A stretch of 64,000 nucleotides of DNA from Selaginella moellendorffii. Lineage: Eukaryota; Plantae; Lycopodiophyta. Positions 25,102 through 37,315 of this stretch are shown piece by piece; position 1 is the stretch's first letter, and every line of letters begins with the position of its first letter. The stretch lies in assembly GCF_000143415.4 (NCBI RefSeq), contig NW_003314299.1:184069-248068 (forward strand). The letters run 5' to 3'. A program made the translations under genes and the position numbers. The notes beneath the pieces were generated by a model. That model was given only the letters and a program-made list of their open reading frames with translations. It ran no database searches and was not told where the DNA came from.

Positions 25102-25773
25102 TGTAGAGATTGTTCTGAACACAATGGTGTTCATGTCATGCAAATTTACAATTTAAGGATATTCCATATTTAATAAGTTTTGAGCTTGTCCCAAAGACTA
25201 ACTCCTGCTACTAAGGGTGGCCTAGGGGGGGGGGTTCCAAATGTATAATAGAGATAGTGGGTAGGTCTGGTATGGCTGACTAACTAGGTATAGTCTACCT
25301 CCCACTTGCATGCTTGTCCTTGTTCTACATTCGACTTGGGTCTAAGCCTAAGTTCCATTTCATGCTAATTGGTGGAGTACCCATATCCTTGCGTTAAGCC
25401 ACCGATATGCTGAAATAGTGCCAAACGCAGTTTGGCTTCATTTTGTATGCTGGTCTTGGCATTAGGATGCTAAATGCTTTAGGACTGTTCCAAATCACTC
25501 CATGCTCCTGTCCCTTCACTCCTTGAGCTATATGCTTGGGAGTTGCTCCATAGTCCAATTCTATTGCTTTTTGGCTCCATGCTTAAGAGTTTAGCTCCAT
25601 ACCTTCATTCAATGGCCCAAGGCCTTGAAACTCAGGTTTTGCACCACTGTCCTTGAACATGTGGCATGTGGCATGTGGCATATGGAGGGTTTAGATTCTG
25701 CTTCATGGTTATCCTATGGTAAATCACCATAAGATAAAGGGTAAAAACCACGTGCACTACATTTGGTATTAGA
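25102..25773 (+). mobile_element. Probable remnant LTR plus PBS of another family
   Basis: CTACA at 25756-25760 is followed by TTTGGTATTAGAG (Met-type PBS). The candidate start TGTAG at 25102 is uncertain. Confidence 0.35.
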
Positions 25774-26011
25774 GGATGAGTATTAGCGAGTACTATCCAA
25801 TAAGATTAAGCAACTAGTTTCGTTGCATATATAGAGATGAAAACGATGATCTGAATGGGTACACATTTGGGTGCAAATGCTTTGCATTTGTTCCTTGAGA
25901 TGGATTTTGGTTACCTTTTGTACCGTATTATGTGAGTTTGCTCTTGGGCTCGTAAGATGAACAGAGATGTTCCATTTTTGTATGAGTTTGCACTTGGGCT
26001 CATAAGTGAGG

Positions 26012-27655
26012 TGTAAGAGACTAAATTTTTCATTCTTCTTTAGTCACTTAACCACACCTCTAACCACTTGGAGGAGTCTCACTCAAAACCTCTATAAGTC
26101 CTATTTCAGACTTGGGTTTGCTAGCCCCGAGAATGGCATCCCCGCCACTTAACCTTTGCACTTGATCCAAGTGCTCCACGTCTCCAATCCCATGACCGAC
26201 ACCCCAAGGTACCACCGACATATCAACCCGTTACGCGAAGGCCATGCCCCTTTACCTTGGTCACACCGGTGGTCTAACACCACCTGCATCACAGTCCTAT
26301 CTCTCAAGGACTGGGCCATCCGTCCATAAGTGATCATTCCAGATCCACTCCTTAGCATCCTTAGGATGCCCACAGACATGGAGAATAGCTTTCCCAAATA
26401 TCCCTTTTCCGGTCTTCACCAAGTCCCTTTCTGCCCATGGCCGTGTTCGCCAACACTGCCATTGGATTGAGGCCCAGAGGCCCGACCACTAAGTCCCACG
26501 GTCCTTTGGGACTTCCTCACCACTCGATTGTATCCTTGGTCACTACACCAGAGGACTACTCCTCTTCCTTTCCACAGTCTGGGCCTTTGGGACAACATTT
26601 CGAAACACCGTGGCCCTACGCGGGCCTCATGGGTACTCTCCCCACCTTCTGCCTTTGGGTGCTCTAGCCATGGGCTTAGAGTGAGGTTCCATTGAGCCAC
26701 ACCAGGTATCCAAGTAGGTAGTGCCACCCACACTTGGACTGGGAGCATCGGTCAGTCGATCTCCCGGGGGAACTAGAGCCGGCTCTTGAACACTTCACCA
26801 AGCTACCCCGCTTGTCGGTCCGTATTCACTCTAGTCTTGGACTTCCCAGTGGTCAGTTCATCACCCAACACTGGGTATGGCCTTCTTGGGCCAAACTGGC
26901 CTTTCCTGGGCCAAACTGGCCTTTTCTGGCCAAACTGGCTCCCTAAGGCCTCAAACCCCACACTCTCCCTACTATACTTTGGGAACCCCCGGCAGCCCTC
27001 CCCCCCCCCCCCCCCCCTAGGGGACGATCGCTTTGGGCTTTCACCCAACTGCCTGTATTAGTATTCAGACTCGGACTCGGGCTCGAACTCGGACTCGGAC
27101 TCGGTCTCGGTCCCAGTTTCGGACTCGGACTCAGTCTCGGTCTCAGTCTCGGCCTCGGTCTCGGTCTCGATCTCGGTTCCATCTCGGACTCCATCTCAGA
27201 CTCCATCTCGGGTCCATCTCGGACTCCATTTCGGACTTCATCTCGGGTCCATCTCGAGTCCATCTCGGACTCCATCTCAGACTCCATCTCGGACTCCATC
27301 TCGGGTCCATCTCGGACTCCATCTCGGGTCCATCTCGGACTCCATCTCGGGTCCATCTCGTACTCCATCTCAGGTCCATCTCGGACTCCATCTCGGACTC
27401 CATCTCGGGTCCATCTCGGACACTTCCACGTGTCATGTGTTGGTCTTTTTGGGTCCCTTTTTGGAGCCTCACTTATTTCTCGCTTTGTACTCGTTCCTCG
27501 AGCACTTCGTTAGGAATTCCACTCCCACTCTCGACCTTTTCAAGTCGGAGCTTTTTAGTCCAAACATGTTATGCTCGTTTGGCTTTCACTTCGGCCACTA
27601 CCATGTGGCGTCCTTTCCGGCTCCACTTTGGGGCCTAGGGATTTTGTGTCTCACA
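26012..27655 (-). mobile_element. Solo LTR of the LARD family
   Basis: Reverse-complement LTR with perfect TSD TGAGG at 26007-26011 and 27656-27660. Confidence 0.93.
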
Positions 27656-28644
27656 TGAGGCACATTAGCAACTCAAGGTTATACTTTGAATTGGCAAGAT
27701 TAATATTAGTTTATTGGTGGTTCCATGAGTTGTTCCATGTATCGTGGGTGAAAATAAAACTCCCTTGGGTTTGCTATGAGTGGCAATAGGCCGGTCCATA
27801 GCTATTTAGCACGGCACTAGTGGATCCTTCCTAGGCATGATTATAAGTGGATTAATCAAGATTATAAGGATTAATCTATTGGTTCAAATAGTCATTGTTG
27901 TGCTCTCTTATAAACTTTTCTTGGATTAAATTGAAAGTAAGCTTGAGGTTTGGTCAAAGTTAAGACTAAAGAGAGAGTCATCAAGGATGAAGGATCAAAC
28001 ACGTGAATCATTTTCTCTTTTTGGAGAGATGATTTGCAATAAGGTGTGATTCATTGCTCGTATTCACATTATGCAATCAAGAGACCCTATCTTGATGTAT
28101 GTTCATTATGATAGTTTTACAAGTGGTGAGTCATGGGATGGATAGTGGTGAAGCACTAAACCATTTTGTCTAGGCTTGAAGAGGTGTGGATACTCCTCTT
28201 CAAAGCTCTATTTCGTTAAAGTGGGAATTGTCATTATCCCACTTGTAAAATAAGGTTTCCAAACCTTTATATAGTATATAAATATAACAAAATTCAACTG
28301 CATTGAGGCACATGCCATTTTATTTTAAACAAGGAAATGTCTACTCAATCACTTCTCCTCCCCCTGCCACTGCTTCACCTCTCTCTTCTCCTTGTCATCG
28401 TCGTCCAATTTCTTTCCATCCTTTTAATATTGGCTCAGTTGCTCCGAGTCTAGGTGGAGCCCAAGTCCCCATTCAATCTTTACTTTCCCCTTATTAATAA
28501 AACAACTTCGTAGACTTCCAATAACATGCTGTAACACTTCTAGTATAATGCAAATCCTCTCAAAGAATTGTCTTTTAATATTAATACAATGGCATGGAAC
28601 CCCATGCCATAATAAGTTACATTTTTAAATAAATACATGCCATC

Positions 28645-29507
28645 TCAGACTGTTATTTTTTGCCTCCAACGCCTATACAATAATCTTGGAATTTCATCAC
28701 TCTCCACACTATCAGGATTTAAACCCAATAGTAATGCCATCTCTTCTCTAATACGTCCACGCTCATGTTCAGTGGTCGAAGAACCCATCCGGTTGAGCAG
28801 ATTATGGAGATGCAGATAGTGCTTGGCTAGACAATATACATGCCATAAATGATGACTGGTGTCTGTCCGATCAAATGGCTTCTGATATACCGTTCCATCT
28901 GCCATTTGGTTGATTTCTGCAGCCACCTCCTGGACTGGCCGGTTCTCTATCACCATCGCTCCAAGCCGTTCTGCAAGGTCCCCCAGAATATACGGTTTCT
29001 TCTCCCTAGTTTCCATACTGCAAGAGATGGGGTGCACTGCATATGTGTGCGTGTTCGCTGCAGTTTTAATCGGCGAGTCATCGATGATGAGGATTTCACT
29101 TGACCTAGCAGTCCGGTTCATCACTACAGCCTCTGGCTTGACGAAGATGGGCTTGCTACCCCTCACATGGACCATAGTCAAGCAATCCTCCTGCGTTAGG
29201 AGAAAGTCAAATGGTAATATTACTCGCGTCTGATCGTGCATCATCTATAGCAACGTTAATGCATTGTGGCGCATCATGGATGTCCAAACTCCCAATTGCA
29301 AATTGAACCCGGCCCTCTGTTTTAAGTGTCATATGGTCATTATTAGATCCCGCAGTTTCTCCCGTGTGATTAATATGAATCTGTCTCTTTTGACCAACTT
29401 GCGACCGCAGGCTTTGGAGGGTGCAGTGACATTCGAGGACGAGCCACGCTCATGGGAGAAAAGGACACCGTTCAGATCAAAAACGATACAGTACCTTCAC
29501 CGTGACT
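28645..29507 (-). pseudogene. FCP1/NIF-like HAD domain (last exon of the cargo region), two premature stops
   Basis: One frame reads YCIVFDLNGVL...LGVWTS...LTQEDC...KPIFVK...ILIIDDSPIK..N. Stops are TGA at 29329-29331 and TAG at 29245-29247. A TTTCAG acceptor lies near 29508. Confidence 0.65.
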
Positions 29508-29639
29508 CTGAAATGAAATGCGTCAGCATAAAAAATGGTACAAGTCAATTTTACCATCTACAATATTAGCGAATGGTGCTCCCGATGGTCGTTCAGAGGG
29601 TTTTGGTCGAGGAAACGTGAAGGGCGGAAATACTCTCCT

Positions 29640-31452
29640 CTACAATGTGGGGTCAATCGCATCGGATGGCGTGTGGGCACATGCCATTTCAGCTGTAGAC
29701 TCTGGTACAACTGGCTCAACAGTGGCATAGGGTGGTTCCGATGGCGTGTGATCACACGCCATTTCAGCTGGTGCCTCCGTTGGCAAAGTGGACATGACCG
29801 AACAGGCAGCAGGGGCGGTGTAGGGAGGTTCCAACGGCGCGTAGTCAGACGATTGGGCACACGTTGAGTCCGTTGGAAATGAGGATACGACCGGCTCGGC
29901 GGCTGGGGCGGCCTCATGCGGGTCCAATGGTGCCTGGTCACCGTCAGTTGGATACGTGGACAAGATTGACTCAGTGGTATGGGCAGCATCAAGTGGAGCG
30001 TGGTCAGCTTGCTTGGCATTGATATGGATAGTAGCCTCCACCAGCTCTGATGACTCTTGCAGGCAAGTAGAGTCCACTGGCGGATCCATATGCATGTCCA
30101 AATATCTCCCTTCGATTGAGATGGTATCCTCCCTACTGGCTACTAAAAACAAACTCATTAGCACATTGAATCGACTATATTGTATTTACCATCAACTGCT
30201 ATTGAGGAACTAGGACTGATATCACTTGGGCGCACTGCTGATTCTGAAGGATTGGACATACGTTTCGACCCTTGCTTGGCACTATCCTTCCTCGACACTA
30301 AAGGCTAGAGTTTGTATCTTAATTCAACTGAATAATCTCTACTTACCATTTGCTTTGCGACCTACATGGACAATGTTAGAAATGGTAAAAGGTTAGGAAT
30401 GGATGTACTATTATTTACCTAATGGTTTGTCTTGTATGACCTTCCTCCGCTGCTCTTTGGCCATCTTAGGCTGGCCATCATTGTCATCATCGTTGTCGTT
30501 GTTATTGTGATCGTCACCATTGTGAGGACCATCTAAGTCCTCTTCGTCCTCCTCTTCTTCGTCCTCCTCTTCTTTGTCCTCCTCTTCGTCCTTCTGCTCT
30601 TCCTGCTCATTATCTTTCTCTGGCTCCTCATCCCCCTCCTGCATTTCTTCCATAGGCTGCTCAGGCTGGATGGCTTGTTCTTCCAGGACCATCTTGGGAA
30701 AATCATCTGGCCGAGTCTCCATCTCAAAATACAAGACATCCATAGCCTGTTTTAGTGCGTGACCTAGGACCGTATCCTCACCCGACTGTCTTAACATGGT
30801 TTCTGCATGTTCTTGCACCCTTTGAAGACGACGAGATGAGAAAAACGTGGCCCTGACTTGAAAAGCATCCCTCATCCATTGTACCTCTCCATTGAGATTG
30901 GGGAAGGGGAGTCCGCCATAGGAATCTGAGTCAGGAGGTGGTGACCGCGAGGCATTACCTATCATCTTTTCGTTGCCCTTCTTCCTTTTCGAATCAAACG
31001 CCTCTGATCCCGACGACTGTCCAACGTGCTTTCACTTTTTATGACCACTGTCAGTTTGAGCTTGGCTGGTGCTTGCCTGTTTTGCCTTTGAAGAAGTGTC
31101 TCCTGCAAGGAATGGCATGAGACCACACGCCATTGCAAATATAATTTGTACCTCCTTTTTTCCTATTGCTTGTCTGTTTGTCCTTCTTCGACGCGCCACC
31201 AGTGCGCTTTTCAGTCCTCGTGTCTGAATATTCACAACGATCTATAATCAAAATGGCGTGAGGCCTCACGTGACCTTACCTTGTGCAGGTTGTGAGCTCG
31301 GCCCAACATGGGTATCTTCAACAGTAGCTGTTAACGCCGTTTCAGCATCTGGGGGTGGCCACGCTCCTGCATACAGAGCTTGTGAGATAACATTTAAACT
31401 TAAAGTGCGTACTCACCAGGTTCGCAGAGAAGATACTGTTTTTCTTTGGCAA
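29640..31452 (-). CDS. Low-complexity/acidic middle exons of the cargo region
   Basis: ORF 30411-30965 has a D/E-rich tract and ORF 29640-30164 has Pro/Ala/Thr-rich repeats. Short GT-AG introns (e.g. ~31368-31417, ~31243-31280) link them to the upstream ORF. Confidence 0.45.
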
Positions 31453-31483
31453 CTGTAATTATATGTTTCATTGAAGTCACCTC

Positions 31484-33985
31484 TTACATGGAGTTTGTCA
31501 CCGCAACACACGGGACACCCTTGAGTAGTGCGGCTCGAAAGAATAGTCTGCCGCAGTTGTACTCAACAACGCATTTGCCCTTGGAGTCGGAAGCAGGTGC
31601 TATTGCGTTGAAGACCCAGCTGAGCATTTCCCATGCTGCACTTGGAGCTTTCTCTGGATTCGAAAGCTCCATAGCCGTCTTCAGTTCCTCAGGCACGGGT
31701 AAATTGACCTCCCTCAGATCAATTCGATCGGCCTTGTCAAACGAAGCTGGGAAGTCACTCTAGTCCCACTCTGCTGTAGGACCAATAACAAGGGCGAGTG
31801 TGAAGATGCGGACATTCGTCGGTATCTTCTTCTTAGCCATTATCCCATGGATCTCCTGCATCTCCTTGCCTTTCAACCGAGCCTTCACCTCGTTCAAGGC
31901 CTTCCAGAACTTGTGATAGGATTCGGAGTCGTAGATCATATAATGGACTGAAGATTCCACCTCCACAAGTCCCACCATTAAGTCAATGATGGAGCTAACT
32001 TCATCTGCATGAGTGATCTCCTCGTTTGTGAAGTCCATCACACAAAAGATGTTCTTGACCTGCTCATCTCCACGGGAAACGATGCTCCTCCACCTTTGAT
32101 CCTCATCCGAATTCACATATACCCGGTAAGGTTCTCGATAGGCCTCTACTACGGGGTCGAGCTGTTTCTGAAGCCGGCGGTCGACATCCCTCTTAATGAA
32201 ATTTGGATACTGATCCAACTTCTCAGCTTTACTTTTCGTGGCATCCCGCAGCAGATCGATGAACTTGGGGGCCCTCTTCACGTAGTCGTCGATGTCTTCA
32301 TTTGACAACTCCAGCTCTTCCATCATCTCTTGCGTGGTGTCGATGCTCACCCTCTCCACGGCCACTTGCTCGAAGATCCAATCCTTCAATAGCGCACGAG
32401 CTCTCAGAGTCGTGCACAAGTCCTCGTATGTCACAATATGGCTGGGAGTCATTTTGGTCTTGTTGAAGACTACCTCACCACGTAGAAGAGCATTAGCCAC
32501 TGTCAGAAGGTTGTCGTCGTCTAGAGACCACGAGAAACGCAAGGCGTTGAGCTTCAAATCATTGGGGTTCCGGCTGTCCTCCACACCCATTGAGTTTAGC
32601 AACTCCCCGTCATGGTACCTCCTCAGCACATCTACCCATTTGTCAAAAACAACTTTTGTCGCGAGTAGAATGTTATGGATGCTGAGTGTGTCATTGACCC
32701 CCAGTGTTTTCGAGAGGAGACTCGAGAATTCCTGCAATGGAAATGGCGTGAGGCCACATGCTATGCCACATGCAACGAGGCTTACCTGCCAAGCGCTAGT
32801 TGCTAGTGCACGTCCTTGTCCTGGTTTTTGTGGCTTCTTCAGTTGAACCCAGAGCTTCCGTGTTCGTGCCAATGTCTCGTGCAGACCCGATTTGTAGCAC
32901 GTTTCTTGCTTGACATTCTGCGCGTGGGAGATGGATATGATAGATCGGAGGGGCGAGTTGCCTTTTATCAGGCGGACAACTCTTGTCTTGAAGACTTTCT
33001 TCACCTCCTCGCCCACCATAATATCCACAACTATCTCTTGCATCGCCAAGCTAGAATGCTGCCCGGAGACGGCATAGAACCGGATGTTCTGATCGTCCAA
33101 CACCTTCCTATTGATCAAGTCTGGAAACCTCGTCTCGCCCTTCATTGTTCGGTAGTAGGGGATCACGTCTGCGATGTCGGGTGTTACTGGACTTGCCAGC
33201 ATCTTCTGCTTCAGTTTCTCCACCCACTCATCAGATACTAGCCTGTGGCTGTATTTGCTTTGGATGTCGATACGGCTCACGTCGATTGTATATACTTTGT
33301 TGGAATAGTAACAAGTACTATTATCTGCGACGATTTTTGCTGCCTCTTCTTGCTCTTTCTGCTCTTTGCGGCTCTTCTTTTTGGTGGGTGTAGTGTTCGA
33401 ACCCGAGGCAATGGCATCACCGAGTAGCTTCTTTTTTGGAGCAGGAGAGTCGGACGTCGGCTTGAGCTTGACCACCCTTTTCTGCTTCGGGGTAGTTTCC
33501 AGATCGACCCCCTTCCCCTTCGCTTCGCGAACTGGAGGCACTCTCAACGGCTCAATGTTGGAATATAGTTTTTGAACATCGCCATAGGTGAGGTCCGTGG
33601 ATTCCATGTGATCTTCATAGACCCGCAGCGTCTTTGAAATTGTGGGCCTCCTGGACAACCTCTCCCTAGCTCCCTCTAGGAATTCCTCATAGCCGCTGCC
33701 CCCCTCCAGGAAGCCGCTAGGATGTGCAAGGTGGATCTTGAAGGCGGACGCTGTCTCTACCACAAGTGCCAATCCATATTCTTGCATGGAACTGCATGGA
33801 GTGTCTGTCACTTGGATGAGGATCCCCATGCATTCTTTTCTCCCACCATCTGTGTTGTACAGCCTCAGATCCTTGCCTTCCATCCCGAAAGTCCAACTGG
33901 TGAGCTCCTCCCCCTTCTCTGCATCCACATTGACAGTGGCTGGAAGAAGAACGCAATTCCTCGCCTGTTCAGAAATGCACAACAA
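31484..33985 (-). pseudogene. Cargo ORF with ParB/Srx-like domain and degenerate beta-class N6/N4 DNA-methyltransferase-like C-terminus
   Basis: The 741-aa ORF and the 70-aa ORF are in frame, split by TAG at 31760-31762. The ParB-like segment is IDVSRIDI...R.VSDEWVEKLKQKM...FYAVSGQHS. The C-terminus NPEKAP...EMLSWVFNAIA...GKCVVEYNCG...AALLKGVPCVAV resembles HPTxKP...GDxVLDPFxG...AA...GR. An in-frame 54-nt intron lies at 32732-32785. Confidence 0.5.
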
Positions 33986-35797
33986 TTAGAGCTGACAGAT
34001 GAAAAGCTAGCAGCTGGAAATAACGTGAGGCCACACGCCATTCACCACTGCATCAGATGTCTTGAGGCTGCATCCTAAGATGGCGTGAGGCTATACGCCA
34101 TCTGTAACCGGACTGCACTCGAGAGCCCAATCGGTGCATGCCAATGTTGCTACTGAATGGCATGTGGCCTCATGCCATTTTCTACTTGGCCTAAAAGACT
34201 TACCATTTGAAGCCGAATGGAGGCGTGACAATCGAGGCCGGACTCGCTGGTGAATGTGCACTGTGTGTGCAGCGGATCGTAGCAGCAAGGCTACTCTGCC
34301 ACTTAACAGTTGGAGAGTGGCGCTGAAATCTCCTGGGACGCCAAGTGGGCTGCGTGTGGGTGGCGGAGTGGGCGGCGGAGTTGGCGGCGAAGTTACAAAC
34401 TAGGTGTGTCTTGAAGTGGACGCCGATGCACACAAGCGCGATGCGAGCGCGAGTGGACGCCGATGCACACGAGAAACCTGTAGAGAAGGTAGATGAACGC
34501 AAATGTGAGCGTGATCGCGAGTGGGAGCGCGATGCGAGTGCGAGTGTGATGCGAGCGCGAGCGCGAGTGTGCGAGCGTGAGTACGAAGCAAAATACAAAA
34601 CCTAACCTCACACGCGCGACATGTCACAACGGTTGGTAATCCCGCCACGTCATCATTCCTCGGACTTGGGCGCCACCATTAATTTCTGGATTGCCGCGCG
34701 CATGCAAGCATGCAAAATCCAAAAGAAATCCACAACGTCATCATTCCTCGGACTGCATGCACGCGAAATCCAAAAGAAAGATCATGATTGGGATATCATT
34801 TAATACCCTCGCTATATTTATACCATGCATGATTGGATATTCCAAAGCATCTTGTATTTCCAAAAATGGCAGATGTTCAGCTAAATAAAGAAATTCTATC
34901 TGTTTCTATTTTTCTCTCAAATCAATATTATAGCGTGTGGGCTCATGCAATTTTGAACCAAAGAAACCCAAAAAACGTTGGACCCAAAATATTTTGAAAA
35001 AACCCAAAAAACCCTAAACATTTTAAACCAAAAAATCCAGGCGTCCTGTGGCGTTATTCCTTGAATGGCGTGTGGGCGCATGCCATTTTCAGGGCCAAAT
35101 GCTGAATGGAGAAAAATTCTCTTTCAGTGCAAATGCTGCAAGAGGCAGATGCCGAGCACAAAGGACTGTAACTACCTCACATGACACAGATAAACTTTTC
35201 TCTATTTGGCAAAGATAAACTTTATAGCGTGTGGGCTCATGCAATTTTGAACCCAAAAAATGCACCAAAAAATTCTCGGCGTCATCTGGCGTTATCTCTT
35301 GAATGGCGTGGGGCCGCATGCCATTTTCAGGGTCACATAGGTGTATATTCCTAGGATATTTTGATACGCGCGAAATTTTTTTGAGTTTTCTGGAGATCTA
35401 ACCGTTAGATCACAACTAGATTTTACAGAATGGTATACAATGTCTTTTTTGATGACCCTTCAAAGAAGCATCTTAATCGGACACCACATGAGACCACACG
35501 AGCCTTACAATGTTTCAGGGGCATTTGCCATAGATCCGACCGTTATTTTGCTCCAAGATTTTACAGTTTGGTGTGCATTGACCTTTCCATCGACACTGCA
35601 AAGGGACATCACAATCAGATGCGGGATCACAAGAAACTAACTTCACTAACTCTGGTTTCACCAAGATCTACGTAAGGAGTTATGAAATGAAAGGACCCTC
35701 TCTATTGAAATGTGTTTATGGTCCTAGGGGCATTGTGACATATCAAAGGATTTTGCATCAAGTTCTGTATTTGCATGTTTATCAAGCTACTGAATTG

Positions 35798-35824
35798 CTA
35801 AACCCTAAACCCTAAACCCTAAAC
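35798..35824 (+). promoter_or_regulatory. Telo-box / short interstitial (CCCTAAA)n
   Basis: CTAAACCCTAAACCCTAAACCCTAAAC between the divergent transposon genes. Confidence 0.6.
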
Positions 35825-36944
35825 ATGTGGCAAATGCTGCGTGAAGAAAGATGCCCTTTCTGGGAAAATGCTGTAAGAGGCAGATGCCGAGCAGATGTAT
35901 CTCAGGCTAGCGAAGGGGACAAACGAAAGCTAGCTATAAACATGACGGGATGCAAATATATTACTAGGCTGGTCTTGCGAAAATCAAAAACCATAATTGA
36001 AAACATTGAAAATGCAAAAAGAAAGGTTTATAATATTTTTGAATTTTAAGCAACCAAAGGAATGTAAGTAGGGCATGTGTTTGTAAGTTTAAAAATGCCT
36101 CAACCACTTAAATTCCCAAGTAAATAAAGCTATTTTTATTTTTGGTACAGGTAAACTTTATAGCGTGTGGGCTCATGCAATTTTGAACCCAAAAATGCAC
36201 CAAAAAATGCTCGACTAACATTATTCTTTGAATGGCGTGTGGCCTTATATTGCCATAAATGGACGTACACACACAGCATAATTATTCCTTTACACGGCGA
36301 ATAATCTTGGCGCGGATCGCTGACATGGCATGGCAAAGTTCGAATCACTGACATGGCACAGCTGGATCGAGGCAAGGACATGATGTGACAAAGTTCAACC
36401 TCCGACAGCAAAGTCTAGAAGCTACTCAGTTTGAAATTTGTCAGAGGAGTCATAAGATCTGGTTTGTTAGAGGATTTGATGTGACGTTCAAGCGTGTGTT
36501 ATTTTTGAATTCTCGAACTCATTCCTAGGTCTATCATTTTTGTGCGCCGTGTTCTTGGTTCCGCTGAGCGCAATGAGCGCTGCTTGTGTAAGCGGCGTTG
36601 TGAGCTGTGGTTTATGCGTCTACGAGCGGTTGCGGCATTGCGAGTGCCATTGCGAGCGGCAGTTTATGCGAGTGGCAGTTTGTGCGAGCGGTGCTACGAG
36701 CAGTTGTGGTGTTGCGAGCGGCGCTACGAGTAGTTGCGGTGTTGCGAGCGGCACTGTCTTTGGTGTGGCTACCGCTTCCTCTTGATATTCGGCACTTGTG
36801 CTTCCTGGTATGTTCACCATGGAATGGCTTAGGACCACATTTAGAAATGGCATGAGGCCACATGCCATCTTGGGCCCTTGCAATTTCATGGCTAGCGTAT
36901 TGTCATGTATGTTTTTACTTGCCTGCAGCTGTGTGTATATCAAG

Positions 36945-37127
36945 ATGGCATGAGGCCTCATGCCATCTTTGGCCCCTGCTAGCCTATTGCCATATTCCTT
37001 TTGAACTGTATATATTTTTGTATGGGTGACTAGTCACGCACACAAAAATATATACAGTTGCAGCAAGGCAAAAGGAATATAGCAACAGGCTAGTAGGGGC
37101 CAAAGATAGTGTGAGGCCTCATGCCAT
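36945..37127. repeat. ~180-bp inverted repeat (hairpin) upstream of the transposase
   Basis: The arms pair (GCCATCTTTGGCCCCTGCTAGCC...AACTGTATATATTTTT vs AAAAATATATACAGTT...GGCTAGTAGGGGCCAAAGAT) around GTGACTAGTCAC at 37026-37037. Confidence 0.85.
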
Positions 37128-37315
37128 TAGTGGTACCACTAATGGCATGAGGGCTCATGCCAATTTTGTGAATGCGAAATTTCACGTGGGTGTCAATAGC
37201 ATGTTTGAATAATGGCATGTGGCCTCATGCTATTGAGGTTGTTTGGTATGTTATGATTTAGGCCATTCTTCAATCATTTTTTGTATGGTCTTAACTTCTT
37301 TTCCGCACTTTCAGA

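Noticed and set aside
35798-35824. True telomere or chromosome fusion site
   Set aside because: There are fewer than four units and they lie inside a transposon; a telo-box is the better explanation.
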